Assembly: GCA_964459225.1 (NCBI GenBank)
Contig: CAYWKB010000001.1
Span: 32,356-96,355, forward strand
Origin: an uncultured Candidatus Saccharibacteria bacterium
Lineage (GTDB): Bacteria > Patescibacteriota > Minisyncoccia > Phycocordibacterales > PALSA-1337
DNA: 64,000 nt
Direction: 5' to 3'
Below the pieces are notes generated by a model. The model was given only the letters and a program-made list of their open reading frames with translations. It did not search any database and had not been told where the DNA came from. The position numbers and the translations under genes were made by a program. Below, piece by piece: positions 18,670 to 29,213 of the stretch (its first letter is position 1; the number at the start of each line of letters is the position of its first letter).

Positions 18670-20289
18670 AATTGAAATAATCCACGAGCAGCTTCCGCTA
18701 CCCGTGCCTTGTTACGACTTACTCCCTGTCATTGAGCTTACCTTAGGCCACGACAAGCGTAGACTTCGGGTATTCCCAACTCCCTTGAGTTGACGGGCGG
18801 TGAGTACAAGACTTGAGAACGTATTCACCGCAGTATAGCTGACCTGCGATTACTAGCAATTCCAACTTCATGAGGTCGAGTTGCAGACCTCAATCCGAAC
18901 TGGGGATAGCTTTATAAGGATTTGCTCCATCTTTCGACTTTGCGTCCTGTTGTACTATCCATTGTATCACGTGTGTAGCCCAGGGTATAAGGGACATGCT
19001 GACCTGGCGTCATCCTCACCTTCCTCCCACGACGCAGCAAACAATTTTACAGAGGTTAGGAAAAATTGGTTCACATCACTTGCGTGCGTAGTAACTTTTT
19101 ATATCTCTTACGAGCTATAAAAAGTTCTCCGCACCGGATGTTCACTCAATTTTTCATCATCTCAACAAAATTCCGCACTGTGTCGTGGGCAGTCTCGCCT
19201 GACAAATATAACAGACAACGAGGGTTGCGTTCGTTACCCCACTGAAGGGAACAACTCAAGCCACGAACTGACGACGGCCATGCATCACCTGACTAACTGT
19301 CTTGCGACGCCAAAAGTTTCTTCTTGGCTTCAGCTAGATTAAACCCTGGTAAGGTTCTTCGTTTATCATCGAATTAAACCACATGATCCACTGCTTGTGC
19401 AAGTCCCCGTCTATTCCTTTGAGTTTTAACCTTGCGGTCGTACTACCCAGGCGCTTCTCTTAACGCGTTAGCTACGCCACTCAGAGGGTCGATACTCCGA
19501 ATAGCTAGAGAAGATCGTTTAGGGCGTGGACTACTGGGGTATCTAATCCCATTCGCGACCCACGCTTTCTTGTTTCAGTGTCAGGAGTGCTCTAGTCTGC
19601 TGCCTTCGCTTTTGGTGTTCCCCATAATATCAACGCATTTTACCGCTACACTATGAGTTCCGCAGACCTCTCGCATCCTCTAGTCATACCGTTTCCCTTG
19701 CATGCCCCCGGTTAAGCCGAAGAATTTAACAAGAGACTAATATAACCACCTACACAACCTTTACGCCCAATGATTCCGGATAACGCTTGAGGCACTCGTA
19801 TTACCGCTGCTGCTGGCACGAGTTTAGCAACCTCTTATTCGCCAAGTACTATCAATAAACTTTCTCCCTGGCAAAAGAACTTTACATGCCTAAGCACTTC
19901 ATCGTTCACGCGGCGTCGCTCCGTCAGACTTTCGTCCATTGCGGAAGATTCTCGACTGCGGCCACCCGTAGGTGTATGGACCGTGTCTCAGTTCCATCGG
20001 TGGGGGTCACCCTCTCAGGTCCCCTAGGCGTCATAGCCTTGGTGAGCTTTTACCTCACCAACTAGCTGATACCGAGCAGGCTCATCTTGAAGCGATAAAT
20101 CTTTAGTCTTTCGACACCATCAAGTATTAACTCATCTTTCGATGAGGTATTCCTGACTTCAAGGTTGATACCTACTTATTACTACCTCGTCTGCCACTGA
20201 CTATATATTGCTATACAGCCCGTTTGACTTGCATGCCTTATCCACGCCGCCAGCGTTCATCCTGAGCTAGGATCAAACTCTTAACTAAA
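18670..20289 (-). rRNA. rrs: 16S rRNA (about 1620 nt) with ~140-nt AT-rich expansion in helix 40 (plus coords ~19030-19175) and non-canonical 3' tail lacking CCUCC
   Basis: rc matches AGAGTTTGATCCTAGCTCAG (20262-20281), GTATTACCGCTGCTGCTGGCAC, GGACTACTGGGGTATCTAATCC, ACGGGCGGTGAGTACAAG, CCTTGTTACGACTT; flanking leader/trailer complementarity (18481-18507 vs 20290-20330). Confidence 0.9.
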
Positions 20290-20535
20290 ATGAACGGAAC
20301 AAAATAGAAAACAGTAATACTTAAATTATAGCTTTTATCTTGATCTTGTTTTAGATGATATAGAGTTCAAACTTCGCTCCCGTTAATGTGAATAAATTAA
20401 CTTGGAATCATTTTAAAATAAACATTAAACTTGCACGCATTCAATATCATTTGAATTCGAATACGTTCTTTAATGCACAACTTACTAAATTGTCGAAAAA
20501 CTCATTAAATTCGCCTTACTTAAGGCGTAGGTAGT

Positions 20536-20563
20536 ATTCTACTCGAAGTAATTTTAAAGTCAA
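20536..20563 (-). promoter_or_regulatory. candidate 16S promoter TTGACT-16nt-TAGAAT on minus strand, ~250 nt upstream of mature 5' end
   Basis: rc of 20558-20563 = TTGACT, rc of 20536-20541 = TAGAAT. Confidence 0.4.
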
Positions 20564-20585
20564 GCGAAAATGTATATTTATACCA

Positions 20586-20801
20586 TTAAGCAATCAATCC
20601 CTGCTCTTTCAACAATTTCAAAGCCTCTTCAGCTTTTTCTTTTGAAACATAAATATGTTGTGATGTTGCTGCAGTTGTTGTACCTTTCCATAACAGAGAA
20701 TCCACTGCTGGAGCATATGTTGCATGTATTCCTACACCATCCAAATAACCAACTATAATTTGCGCATTTACAATTCCTGAAGCTGTAACGATTTGTTTCA
20801 T
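20586..20801 (-). CDS. small hypothetical protein
   Basis: 71-aa ORF. Confidence 0.35.
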   Translation of the reverse strand: MKQIVTASGIVNAQIIVGYLDGVGIHATYAPAVDSLLWKGTTTAATSQHIYVSKEKAEEALKLLKEQGLIA

Positions 20802-21319
20802 TACTTTAATTTATTTTTAAGTAAACTTATTATACTATAAAAATAATCTTTAGTTCTTGATTTTTTATTCTCTTCTTTAATAAAAAGATGCACTGGTATG
20901 ATAATATTTGCCAACAGTATTAATATTGCTATAAATATTACTATACTATAGATAGGATGAATAATTATTGAAAGTGGATACTTTAATATACCCCAAAAGG
21001 ATAGTCCTAAAAATAAGGATGGATAAAATGAATGATAGATCAAATATAACACATAAAACCAGGCACTCTTAATTTTATAAGCAAACAAAATCAGTTGAAT
21101 TGTAATCAAGGACATAAATAATTCAAATCCGACGAAAAAATATATAAAATAAGATAAGGGTGAATCATCTATATCAGCCGAGATCACATCTGCCGGTGTA
21201 TTCAAATAACCAAAAGTAGTGTTGTAAACACCGTAACAAATAACTAAAATAATATGTAGGGTTGTAATAATAAATATTATATTAATTATACTATTTAATT
21301 TTGGACTAATTTTATTCAT
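20801..21319 (-). CDS. polytopic membrane protein, hypothetical
   Basis: 172 aa, 4-5 TM helices. Confidence 0.4.
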   Translation of the reverse strand: MNKISPKLNSIINIIFIITTLHIILVICYGVYNTTFGYLNTPADVISADIDDSPLSYFIYFFVGFELFMSLITIQLILFAYKIKSAWFYVLYLIYHSFYPSLFLGLSFWGILKYPLSIIIHPIYSIVIFIAILILLANIIIPVHLFIKEENKKSRTKDYFYSIISLLKNKLK

Positions 21320-21323
21320 AGTA

Positions 21324-22232
21324 TCATTTCTTTTTTCCCTTATTTTTTTCCTGCCATTTCCATATTGTTACAAGTAATGGTGAGCCTAGGAACACTGATG
21401 AATATGTTCCTGCAACTATACCGATTATGAGCGCCAAAGAAAAATGTTGTGTTGACTCACCACCAACAAAATAAAGTACAATTAGAGCCAATAATGTAGT
21501 TAATGAGGTATTTATTGATCTTGTGAATGTCTGACTAATACTTTCCCCTACAATTTGGTCAAATGGCTTCTTTGAATTACCTTCTTTTAGATTTTCTCTT
21601 ACTCTATCGAATACAACTATTGTATCGTGAACTGAAAAGCCTAGAACTACTAGAAGTGCGGTAACAAAGAGAGTATCTACTTCATATCCCTTATAATGTC
21701 CTAATATTGAAAATGCTCCTGTAGGTATTATCACATCGTGAATTAGTGCAATGATAGCTACAAAGCCATATTTCCATGAAGAAATCGGCAAAGACACATG
21801 TCTAAAGGCATAAGCAATAAACAAAACGATAGCTAATATTACAAAGACAATTGATGTTAGAGACTTAATCAATGCTTCAGTTCCTAGTATAGGACCTATT
21901 GAATCAAATCTTTTTTCGTTTATTGAAACTTTACCGTATTCACCTATTACACTTATTAATTTATTTTTTTCACTTTGATCAATAGATTTCATCTTGATTA
22001 TATAGCCCTTTTCCCCTGTTGCTCTTATTGAAGCATCATAATTTAAAGGTGAAATCATTGAAGATAGTGCTGATTGTTCTGGTCTTGCATCTGTATATTC
22101 GATTTCAAGTATTGATCCACCCTTAAAATCTATACCAGGATTTAAGCCCCACTTTGCCACAGCAATTCCAGATACAATAACGAGTATCGCTGATAATGTG
22201 TAGAAAAGTTTTCTGTATTTTACGACAAACAT
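21324..22232 (-). CDS. secF: protein-export membrane protein SecF
   Basis: 302 aa, SecF topology and GPILG/FD.I motifs, immediately downstream of secD. Confidence 0.85.
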   Translation of the reverse strand: MFVVKYRKLFYTLSAILVIVSGIAVAKWGLNPGIDFKGGSILEIEYTDARPEQSALSSMISPLNYDASIRATGEKGYIIKMKSIDQSEKNKLISVIGEYGKVSINEKRFDSIGPILGTEALIKSLTSIVFVILAIVLFIAYAFRHVSLPISSWKYGFVAIIALIHDVIIPTGAFSILGHYKGYEVDTLFVTALLVVLGFSVHDTIVVFDRVRENLKEGNSKKPFDQIVGESISQTFTRSINTSLTTLLALIVLYFVGGESTQHFSLALIIGIVAGTYSSVFLGSPLLVTIWKWQEKNKGKKK

Positions 22233-22233
22233 A

Positions 22234-23622
22234 TTATTTATTTAAATTATTAGTAATTGTTCTAGTAAATCCGTTACTTACCAAAAATGTTGATATTTTA
22301 TTGGTCTTTTTTGGTGCTACAGAGTATAAGAATACTCTAGAAGCAGTAATAGCTGTAAACATACTTACAAGCACTCCGATTAGGAATACTAGTGCAAATC
22401 CAGTAATTACTGATGTACTACCAAAATAATAGAGAATTAAGCCCGTAATAATACTTGATGTATTTGAATCACGTATTGAAAGCCATGCTCTAGCAAAGCC
22501 TTCGTGCATCGCTTCACTTATTCCCTTTCCTCTTCTTAATTCCTCTTTCATTCTTTCAAAGATAAGCACATTTGCATCCACCGCCATTCCGATTGAAAGT
22601 ATAAACCCTGCTATTCCTGCAGCCGTTAGAGTAACTGGTAGCATTTTAAATACAAACAACATTATAAGTGTATAAACAGCAAGTGATACAACAGCAATAA
22701 AGCCAGGTAGTCTGTACCAGATTATCAAAAATATACCTATAACAATTAGTGATATTACTCCAGCTCTAATTCCCCCATTTAAAGCACTTTGTCCAAGTGA
22801 TGCTCCCACAGTTTGAGTTGAAATTAATTCGATAGGTACTGGCAATGCACCGTAATTTAGATTTCTTACTAATAACTTTGCCTCATCAATATTAAAGGCA
22901 CCAGATATAACCGCCTTACCATCTCTTATTTCATCCCTGACAGTTGGTAATGATATAGGACTTCCATCTAAGAATATTCCTACAATATTACCCACATTTT
23001 CCTTTGTGACTTTTGCAAACAAATTTCTACCTTCTGAATTAAAACTTAATGATACTGAAGGCTCACCCGTTGTTTGATTGAATTCGAGTGTTGCTCTTTC
23101 AAGCATTCTACCTGTAATGCCAGTTGGCTTAAACAATTTCATCATTTCCTTTGTCTTTTCCTCATCAGTAGCACTACTATCTTTATATTTCGTATTAAAC
23201 GCTTCTGAATCTTCTTTATTTAAAACCTGAAATTCAAGAACTGGTGTCTGACCTATCATACTTATTGCCTCATCAATGTTTGTAACACCAGGTAATTCGA
23301 CTATAAGCTTTTCTTGAGCTTCTTTTGTACCAAGAACACCCGCTTGTTCAACTTGCACAATTGGTTCACTTACACCAAAAACATTCACTCTTTTTTCAAT
23401 AACATCTCTTAATGCCTGCATTGAAACCCTAACCTCAGAAGAGGCTATCTTTGAAACATCAGCTTTATACACCAAATGTGTACCGCCATTTAAATCCAAT
23501 CCTAGTTTAAAGGGTCTACTTAGATTTGATTCTGTATTAACTATTTGTGAATAATATGTAAACCAACCAATGACTAATGAAATAATAATCAGAAATACGG
23601 CAATAATTCTTGTTTTAAGCAT
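22234..23622 (-). CDS. secD: protein-export membrane protein SecD
   Basis: LGLDLNGGTHLVYKAD, 462 aa. Confidence 0.85.
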   Translation of the reverse strand: MLKTRIIAVFLIIISLVIGWFTYYSQIVNTESNLSRPFKLGLDLNGGTHLVYKADVSKIASSEVRVSMQALRDVIEKRVNVFGVSEPIVQVEQAGVLGTKEAQEKLIVELPGVTNIDEAISMIGQTPVLEFQVLNKEDSEAFNTKYKDSSATDEEKTKEMMKLFKPTGITGRMLERATLEFNQTTGEPSVSLSFNSEGRNLFAKVTKENVGNIVGIFLDGSPISLPTVRDEIRDGKAVISGAFNIDEAKLLVRNLNYGALPVPIELISTQTVGASLGQSALNGGIRAGVISLIVIGIFLIIWYRLPGFIAVVSLAVYTLIMLFVFKMLPVTLTAAGIAGFILSIGMAVDANVLIFERMKEELRRGKGISEAMHEGFARAWLSIRDSNTSSIITGLILYYFGSTSVITGFALVFLIGVLVSMFTAITASRVFLYSVAPKKTNKISTFLVSNGFTRTITNNLNK

Positions 23623-23667
23623 AATAGGTCTATTATAGAGATTTAATTGCTTTTTGCAATAATAAAG

Positions 23668-25047
23668 CTATCTACCGACAAATGTAACAAGTACTTTTAA
23701 TGTTCTAAGTGCAATCTTTAAATCAAGGGAAAGTGATCTATGTTTAATATAATAAAGGTCATAAGATAGCTTATTTGCTGTCTCGACTATATCTATACCA
23801 TGATGAGGATGCATTTCATGATAAATTTGTGCCCAACCAGAAAGTCCAGGTTTAATACTATGACGAATAGTGTAATTTGGTATTTGTTCAGTGTATTTAT
23901 TTACTGCATCTCTGAATTCTGGTCTAGGGCCAATGAGTGATATATCACCTTTAATAACATTCCATAATTGTGGTAGTTCATCTATTCTTGTTTTTCTTAA
24001 AAATGAACCAACAACTGTGACTTTATTTTCCTTTTGACCCCATTTACCATCATCATTTGCTATATTCATAGTTCTGAACTTAACAATATTTATCATTTTA
24101 TCGTATTGTCCTACTCTAGTTTGATAGCTGAATATTTCACCATCATCCTCAATTTTAATTGCAATGATAACAAACGGATAAATAACAAGCGAAATAATAC
24201 CCAAAACAGAGGCAATAATAATATCCATTAGCCTTTTAATACCATCATAAACGAGCTTTGGTGCCATTGATGACATATGTTCAATAAACCAAGTATTACC
24301 AATCATTGAAACTGGTATACGATCAAAAATATTTTCATATATTTTACCTATTCCATAAAACAAAACGCCTTGTAGAGCAATTCCATAAAGTGAAGGAATA
24401 ATCGCACTTACCCTTTTATCATTCGTATCTAGAACAACTAAACTTATATCATATTGTGAAATTGTGCTTTTAATTTCCTTTAATAATTCCTGACTATTAT
24501 CATTTGGTATAATTGTTTTAATAAAATTAATATCATATCTAGAATTACTATTAACTTCATTTTCTAATTCTTTTGACTCATTTGTATTTGCTATCAAAAT
24601 GGCTTTTTGAACCTTATCCCCTTTTTTATCTGAACTAAATTTATAAACAAAAAATATTCTCCAACAATAAATCAGAATGAGTGATAGTACTAAGAAAAGA
24701 AATAGAACAAATTTAGGGGCAATAGAAAAATTTGGAATAAAATAAAAGAAAGCGATACCAACAATAGTATTTACTAATTGTACATTTAGTAGTGTTAGGG
24801 GTAATTTATTTCTTAATAAAATAGTATGCTTTTCGTATAAACCTGCAATAAAATACACCAAGATAAATGCAATAAACAAAATTGAAAAAGGAATGATATG
24901 TAGCTCTAAAAGATTTAGAGAAGGAAATTCACCATATCTAAGTACCAAGGTCAGTACAAGTGACGCTAATAACACCAATATATCCCCAATAAACAGTATT
25001 ATATGGTCTTTTCGGTGAAATCTATTCATATGCGATATAATACACAA
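23668..25047 (-). CDS. polyprenyl-phosphate sugar phosphotransferase (bacterial sugar transferase, WbaP/WcaJ-like)
   Basis: KRLMDIIIASVLG...FRTM...IDELPQLWNVIKGDISLIGPRPE. Confidence 0.8.
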   Translation of the reverse strand: MCIISHMNRFHRKDHIILFIGDILVLLASLVLTLVLRYGEFPSLNLLELHIIPFSILFIAFILVYFIAGLYEKHTILLRNKLPLTLLNVQLVNTIVGIAFFYFIPNFSIAPKFVLFLFLVLSLILIYCWRIFFVYKFSSDKKGDKVQKAILIANTNESKELENEVNSNSRYDINFIKTIIPNDNSQELLKEIKSTISQYDISLVVLDTNDKRVSAIIPSLYGIALQGVLFYGIGKIYENIFDRIPVSMIGNTWFIEHMSSMAPKLVYDGIKRLMDIIIASVLGIISLVIYPFVIIAIKIEDDGEIFSYQTRVGQYDKMINIVKFRTMNIANDDGKWGQKENKVTVVGSFLRKTRIDELPQLWNVIKGDISLIGPRPEFRDAVNKYTEQIPNYTIRHSIKPGLSGWAQIYHEMHPHHGIDIVETANKLSYDLYYIKHRSLSLDLKIALRTLKVLVTFVGR

Positions 25048-25075
25048 AAATCAAGAAAAATGGTACTCTTTTAGT

Positions 25076-26245
25076 ATGAAGGTGCTTTTACTTATCACCA
25101 AATCAAATATGGGTGGCGCACAGAGATATGTATACGATATCGCCACAAATTTACCTAAAGACATCTATGAAGTAGAGGTTATGGCGGGAGGTAATGGGCC
25201 ACTTATTGAAAGCCTGCAATCCGCTGGAATAAAAGCTTCAGGAAATTTACCTGTAGGTAGAGATATAAATCTCATTCAAGATATAAAATCTTTTTTTGAA
25301 TTATTTAAAATAATAAGAGAAAAAAAGCCAGATGTATTACATGTAAATAGTTCTAAAATAGGCGGCATCGGAGCATTTATTGGTAGATTACTTGGAATTA
25401 AAAACATAATATTTACCGCTCATGGTTTTGCATTCAATGAAGACAGAAGTCGTCTTTCTAAATTAATTATTAAGTTCTTCCATTGGTTAACTATTTTCCT
25501 TTCTCATAAAACTATATTAGTTTCAGAAGCCTTAAAATATCAAATAGCAGATTGGCCATACATAGAAGGCAAATTATATGTAATTCGTAATGGTTTAGAT
25601 AGCAAAGCAGTATATTCTAAAATAAATGCTAGGTATGAATTAGGGAAAATCAATAAAGACTTTGATAAAATAATTAAAGAAAATAAAAACACAATTATAA
25701 TAGGCAGTGTCGGTGAATTGCATCACATAAAAGGCTATGAATACGCTATTAGAGCTATTTCAAACTTAATAAAAGATATTAGAAAGAGTAGCCCCGATAA
25801 AAAAATAATCTATACAATATTTGGTGAAGGTGAAGACAGAATTAACATAGAAAAAGAAATACATTATCAAGAATTAAAAGACTCAGTAATATTATTTGGT
25901 AATATCAAAGACGCATTTCAATATATGAAGGCATTTGATATTTACCTTATGCCATCCATATCAGAAGGATTACCATATGCCCTTCTTGAGGCGGGTATTG
26001 TTGGTCTTCCGGTTGTTGCTAGTGCAGTAGGTGGAATACCTGAAGTTGTGGAGGATATGAAAACTGGTGTATTAATACAATCTAAAAAACCAAAAGAAAT
26101 TCAGCATGCATTAGAATTCTACATATCACACAAAAAGATTCAGGGTGATCATGCAAAATTGTTAATGACTAATATTCAGAACAATTTTTCTATTTCAAAA
26201 ATGCTTGAAAATACAATCAAAGTATACAATACTAAGCACCAATAA
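25076..26245 (+). CDS. glycosyltransferase family 4 (GT-B)
   Basis: EGLPYALLEAGIVGLPVVASAVGGIPEVV motif. Confidence 0.75.
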   Translation: MKVLLLITKSNMGGAQRYVYDIATNLPKDIYEVEVMAGGNGPLIESLQSAGIKASGNLPVGRDINLIQDIKSFFELFKIIREKKPDVLHVNSSKIGGIGAFIGRLLGIKNIIFTAHGFAFNEDRSRLSKLIIKFFHWLTIFLSHKTILVSEALKYQIADWPYIEGKLYVIRNGLDSKAVYSKINARYELGKINKDFDKIIKENKNTIIIGSVGELHHIKGYEYAIRAISNLIKDIRKSSPDKKIIYTIFGEGEDRINIEKEIHYQELKDSVILFGNIKDAFQYMKAFDIYLMPSISEGLPYALLEAGIVGLPVVASAVGGIPEVVEDMKTGVLIQSKKPKEIQHALEFYISHKKIQGDHAKLLMTNIQNNFSISKMLENTIKVYNTKHQ

Positions 26246-27395
26246 ATTCATTTTTCATATCGTCTTTATGGGCTGTTCTTCTATATCTTCTCATACCCAT
26301 TAATATTCCGAGTCCAGTGAATTCTGTTAGTAAATGCGTACCACCATAACTCAAAAAAGGTAGCGTGGTTCCAGTAACAGGAAGCAATTGAATATTCATA
26401 CCAATATTAATAAAAAAGTGCACAACAATAAGTATCGCAACACCTGTACCAAATAATATTTCAAAATTCGAATCTCCTCTCATGCTGTTTCGTACTATTC
26501 TCCATATAACTATACCGAAAAGTGAAAATACAATAATCACTCCGATAAATCCCCATTCTTCTGCAAATGCTGCAAAAATAAAGTCAGTTTGATATTCAGG
26601 TAGGAATTTTAATCTAGACTGTGTGCCATATCCAACACCCTTGCCCCATATTTGCCCTGACCCCACCGCAATTGTCGATTGATAGGCATTATAGCCAGTA
26701 CCATGTATATCTGCCATAGGATTTATGAAGTTCAATATTCTATTTTTCTGATATTCCTTGAAGCCAAAATTCCATAGCCCTATAAACATCATAATTCCCA
26801 GCAAAATCATACCTAAAAGATGTTTTTTGGATAAACCCGATACGAATATCATTCCTAGCCATATAAAAAATATTATAATTGCAGAACCAAAGTCAGGCTG
26901 TATCAATACCAAAAGGAAAATCGTAAATGCATATATACCAGATATAAATATATGTTTTAAATCAGCAATTTCTATATGTCTTCTTGAAAAATACTTTGCT
27001 AAAATGATTATCACAACAAGCTTAATTGGGTCTGATGGCTGAAATGACAGTAGTCCAAAATCAAACCACGATATCGCTCCTTTTGTTACTTTTGCAACAA
27101 AAAATAGCAGCACAAGAAGGAAACATGATCCAAAAAAAAGAGTTACAGAAACCCATGTCTTTCTTAAAAATCTAAAATCTATAAAACTCAGACTAAAAAA
27201 TATTATAAGGGAAATACAAATCCAAATTGACTGCTTTTCAAAATAACTACCATCTCCAACAAATGAATTCATAGTGATAAGTCCAGCACCAAGTAGTGGT
27301 AAAGTAGCTAGGAAAAGTATCCAGTCTATACCCGCCTTATCACCATTATTCATTATTGAATAACTTCCAAATAGTCTTTCAAAAATATTTTTCAT
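26232..27395 (-). CDS. ftsW: SEDS-family peptidoglycan polymerase/lipid II flippase (FtsW/RodA)
   Basis: 10-TM SEDS pattern, 387 aa. Confidence 0.75.
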   Translation of the reverse strand: MKNIFERLFGSYSIMNNGDKAGIDWILFLATLPLLGAGLITMNSFVGDGSYFEKQSIWICISLIIFFSLSFIDFRFLRKTWVSVTLFFGSCFLLVLLFFVAKVTKGAISWFDFGLLSFQPSDPIKLVVIIILAKYFSRRHIEIADLKHIFISGIYAFTIFLLVLIQPDFGSAIIIFFIWLGMIFVSGLSKKHLLGMILLGIMMFIGLWNFGFKEYQKNRILNFINPMADIHGTGYNAYQSTIAVGSGQIWGKGVGYGTQSRLKFLPEYQTDFIFAAFAEEWGFIGVIIVFSLFGIVIWRIVRNSMRGDSNFEILFGTGVAILIVVHFFINIGMNIQLLPVTGTTLPFLSYGGTHLLTEFTGLGILMGMRRYRRTAHKDDMKNEFIGA

Positions 27396-27411
27396 AATAT
27401 ATTCCTACAAA

Positions 27412-28179
27412 CTAATTAGGTATCAAATTGAGAAGCACATCTTGTCTTACAACCTGACCATTTCTCGAAACTGGCCATGTAAATACTGCTGTTTCTTTTG
27501 AATTTTTTGATATATTATCGACTTTTGTTTGTGAAAAACCGATAACATTATCATCAATATCATACAATATTACTGATACCAGTATATTTGTATATGGATA
27601 TAATGTTTTATTTTCTAATATAATTTGCAAACTTGATGTCTTATCATCCTCCTCATATTTCTTATCAATTATTGATATCCCTGCTAATTGATCATTTGAT
27701 TTAAACCATAGCGGTGAATTAATAAATTCAAAAGTAGCCGTTTTCGGAATACTATTGTTTACCTTTATTGCATTTTCAAAAGCCAATGAATCCCTATGTG
27801 GGTAAAGATTTACCTTACCCAATCTCTCAGTTATCAAAACCCCTTCTGCATCATAAAGTGAAATCTTATATGGTACTTTTATTGCACCCCCTATTATATT
27901 TGGATTTATGATATATGACGAAGCATTATATAATCCGTTTGCTAACTTTTCGAGTTTTGCTCCTCCCCATTTTATCCGTGGTGGCAAAAATGCACTTTGA
28001 CAAAGTCTTTTGCATGACCCTCCACAATCTAATCCTGTTTCGTCTCCATTTTGTTTACCATCAAAGCAAGTTGGTGCTTTATAAAAAAGCTTGAATAAAG
28101 GAACTATGATAAGTACTCCTAATAATATTATTGCTGATCCTGCATATGTTAATTTTCTTTTTGTTGACCAGGTTGCCAT
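27412..28179 (-). CDS. membrane-anchored Cys-rich hypothetical protein
   Basis: 255 aa, N-terminal TM, CFDGKQNGDETGLDCGGSCKRLC. Confidence 0.4.
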   Translation of the reverse strand: MATWSTKRKLTYAGSAIILLGVLIIVPLFKLFYKAPTCFDGKQNGDETGLDCGGSCKRLCQSAFLPPRIKWGGAKLEKLANGLYNASSYIINPNIIGGAIKVPYKISLYDAEGVLITERLGKVNLYPHRDSLAFENAIKVNNSIPKTATFEFINSPLWFKSNDQLAGISIIDKKYEEDDKTSSLQIILENKTLYPYTNILVSVILYDIDDNVIGFSQTKVDNISKNSKETAVFTWPVSRNGQVVRQDVLLNLIPN

Positions 28180-28291
28180 GGCTTAAGTATATAGTATTTG
28201 AGCTGTTTACTGTACTATTGACTTTATGTACTATATATGGTATCATATTAATAGTCAGAGGTTGGACAACTAAAACTTAAATTTAGAATGT

Positions 28292-29116
28292 ATGAGAGTC
28301 CTAATGTTCATTGTCATGGTGGTGGCGGTCGCAACAATAAACTGCACTGCGGATCCAATAGTACGAGCACCTCGCGTGAGTGAGAAGCTCAAAGAGAAAA
28401 TAGACTACTACAAAAAGGTAGCCGAGGGTCAAAAATACCCGAATCATTTTGTATCAGTCGAGGGGCAGTGGTCAAATGAGTACTCGTCTGCTCAAGAACT
28501 GCCAGACTACTTCGTAGTCAAAGCATCTAATCGTGATGGGGGGCGAATCCTAAAAATGTCCCCCATCGGGACGGTATTTGGCGGAATGTCAGTACCACCA
28601 GTATTCACGGATGTGCTAACTGGAGAAGTGTTTTTTCCTTCACTCCAGACACAAGATGTCCGCAATGGTCCATATGACTATACAAGTACCGACGGAAGAC
28701 TACTGGAAAACTATTTCCAGTACGGATCATTGGTGATCCATGGTGATGTTTACAATATTGTCATCGCCTATGCAGACACACCCCGCTATCCCACAGTCTC
28801 AATGACATGGGGAGCCGAATCAGATCTAATGCATGCCGGAACAATAATTGATACATTCGATGATGTCTCAGTTGAGGATCCGGCAACAGAAACAGAGGTC
28901 TGGTTGCATAATTCAAAAGGAGAAGTTGGTCTATCGGATGGGTTATATCTGTTGGTCTCATCACCAAAAGAAGTAGCACAACTACGAATTGAAACATCAA
29001 CCGATTTAAAAAGTTGGCGAGAAATGACAGTACAACCATATTATATATTTGGTGATGTTATTGTCTACCAAATCCCTTCGGCTAATCTAGGATTCTTTAG
29101 AGCAAAAGAGCTCTGA
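28292..29116 (+). CDS. secreted hypothetical protein, GC-rich (~47%) relative to genome
   Basis: signal peptide MRVLMFIVMVVAVATINCTADP; composition anomaly. Confidence 0.45.
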   Translation: MRVLMFIVMVVAVATINCTADPIVRAPRVSEKLKEKIDYYKKVAEGQKYPNHFVSVEGQWSNEYSSAQELPDYFVVKASNRDGGRILKMSPIGTVFGGMSVPPVFTDVLTGEVFFPSLQTQDVRNGPYDYTSTDGRLLENYFQYGSLVIHGDVYNIVIAYADTPRYPTVSMTWGAESDLMHAGTIIDTFDDVSVEDPATETEVWLHNSKGEVGLSDGLYLLVSSPKEVAQLRIETSTDLKSWREMTVQPYYIFGDVIVYQIPSANLGFFRAKEL

Positions 29117-29140
29117 GAAAGACCGGAATTAGCTCAAACA

Positions 29141-29177
29141 AAAAAGCGCATTGATCATTATGATCTCTGCGCTTTTC
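29141..29177. terminator. hairpin AAAAGCGCA-N17-TGCGCTTTT (nested GATCAT/ATGATC inner stem)
   Basis: read directly, 25 nt after stop. Confidence 0.55.
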
Positions 29178-29213
29178 CTTTTACCTTAAACTTGACCAGG
29201 TTGCTATTTGAAT

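Noticed and set aside
18881-20758. Six-frame ORFs 18881-19120 (+), 19432-19656 (+), 20570-20758 (+)
   Set aside because: The first two lie entirely inside the 16S rRNA gene and the third is antisense in the 16S leader/upstream gene; high-GC rRNA sequence produces open frames by chance
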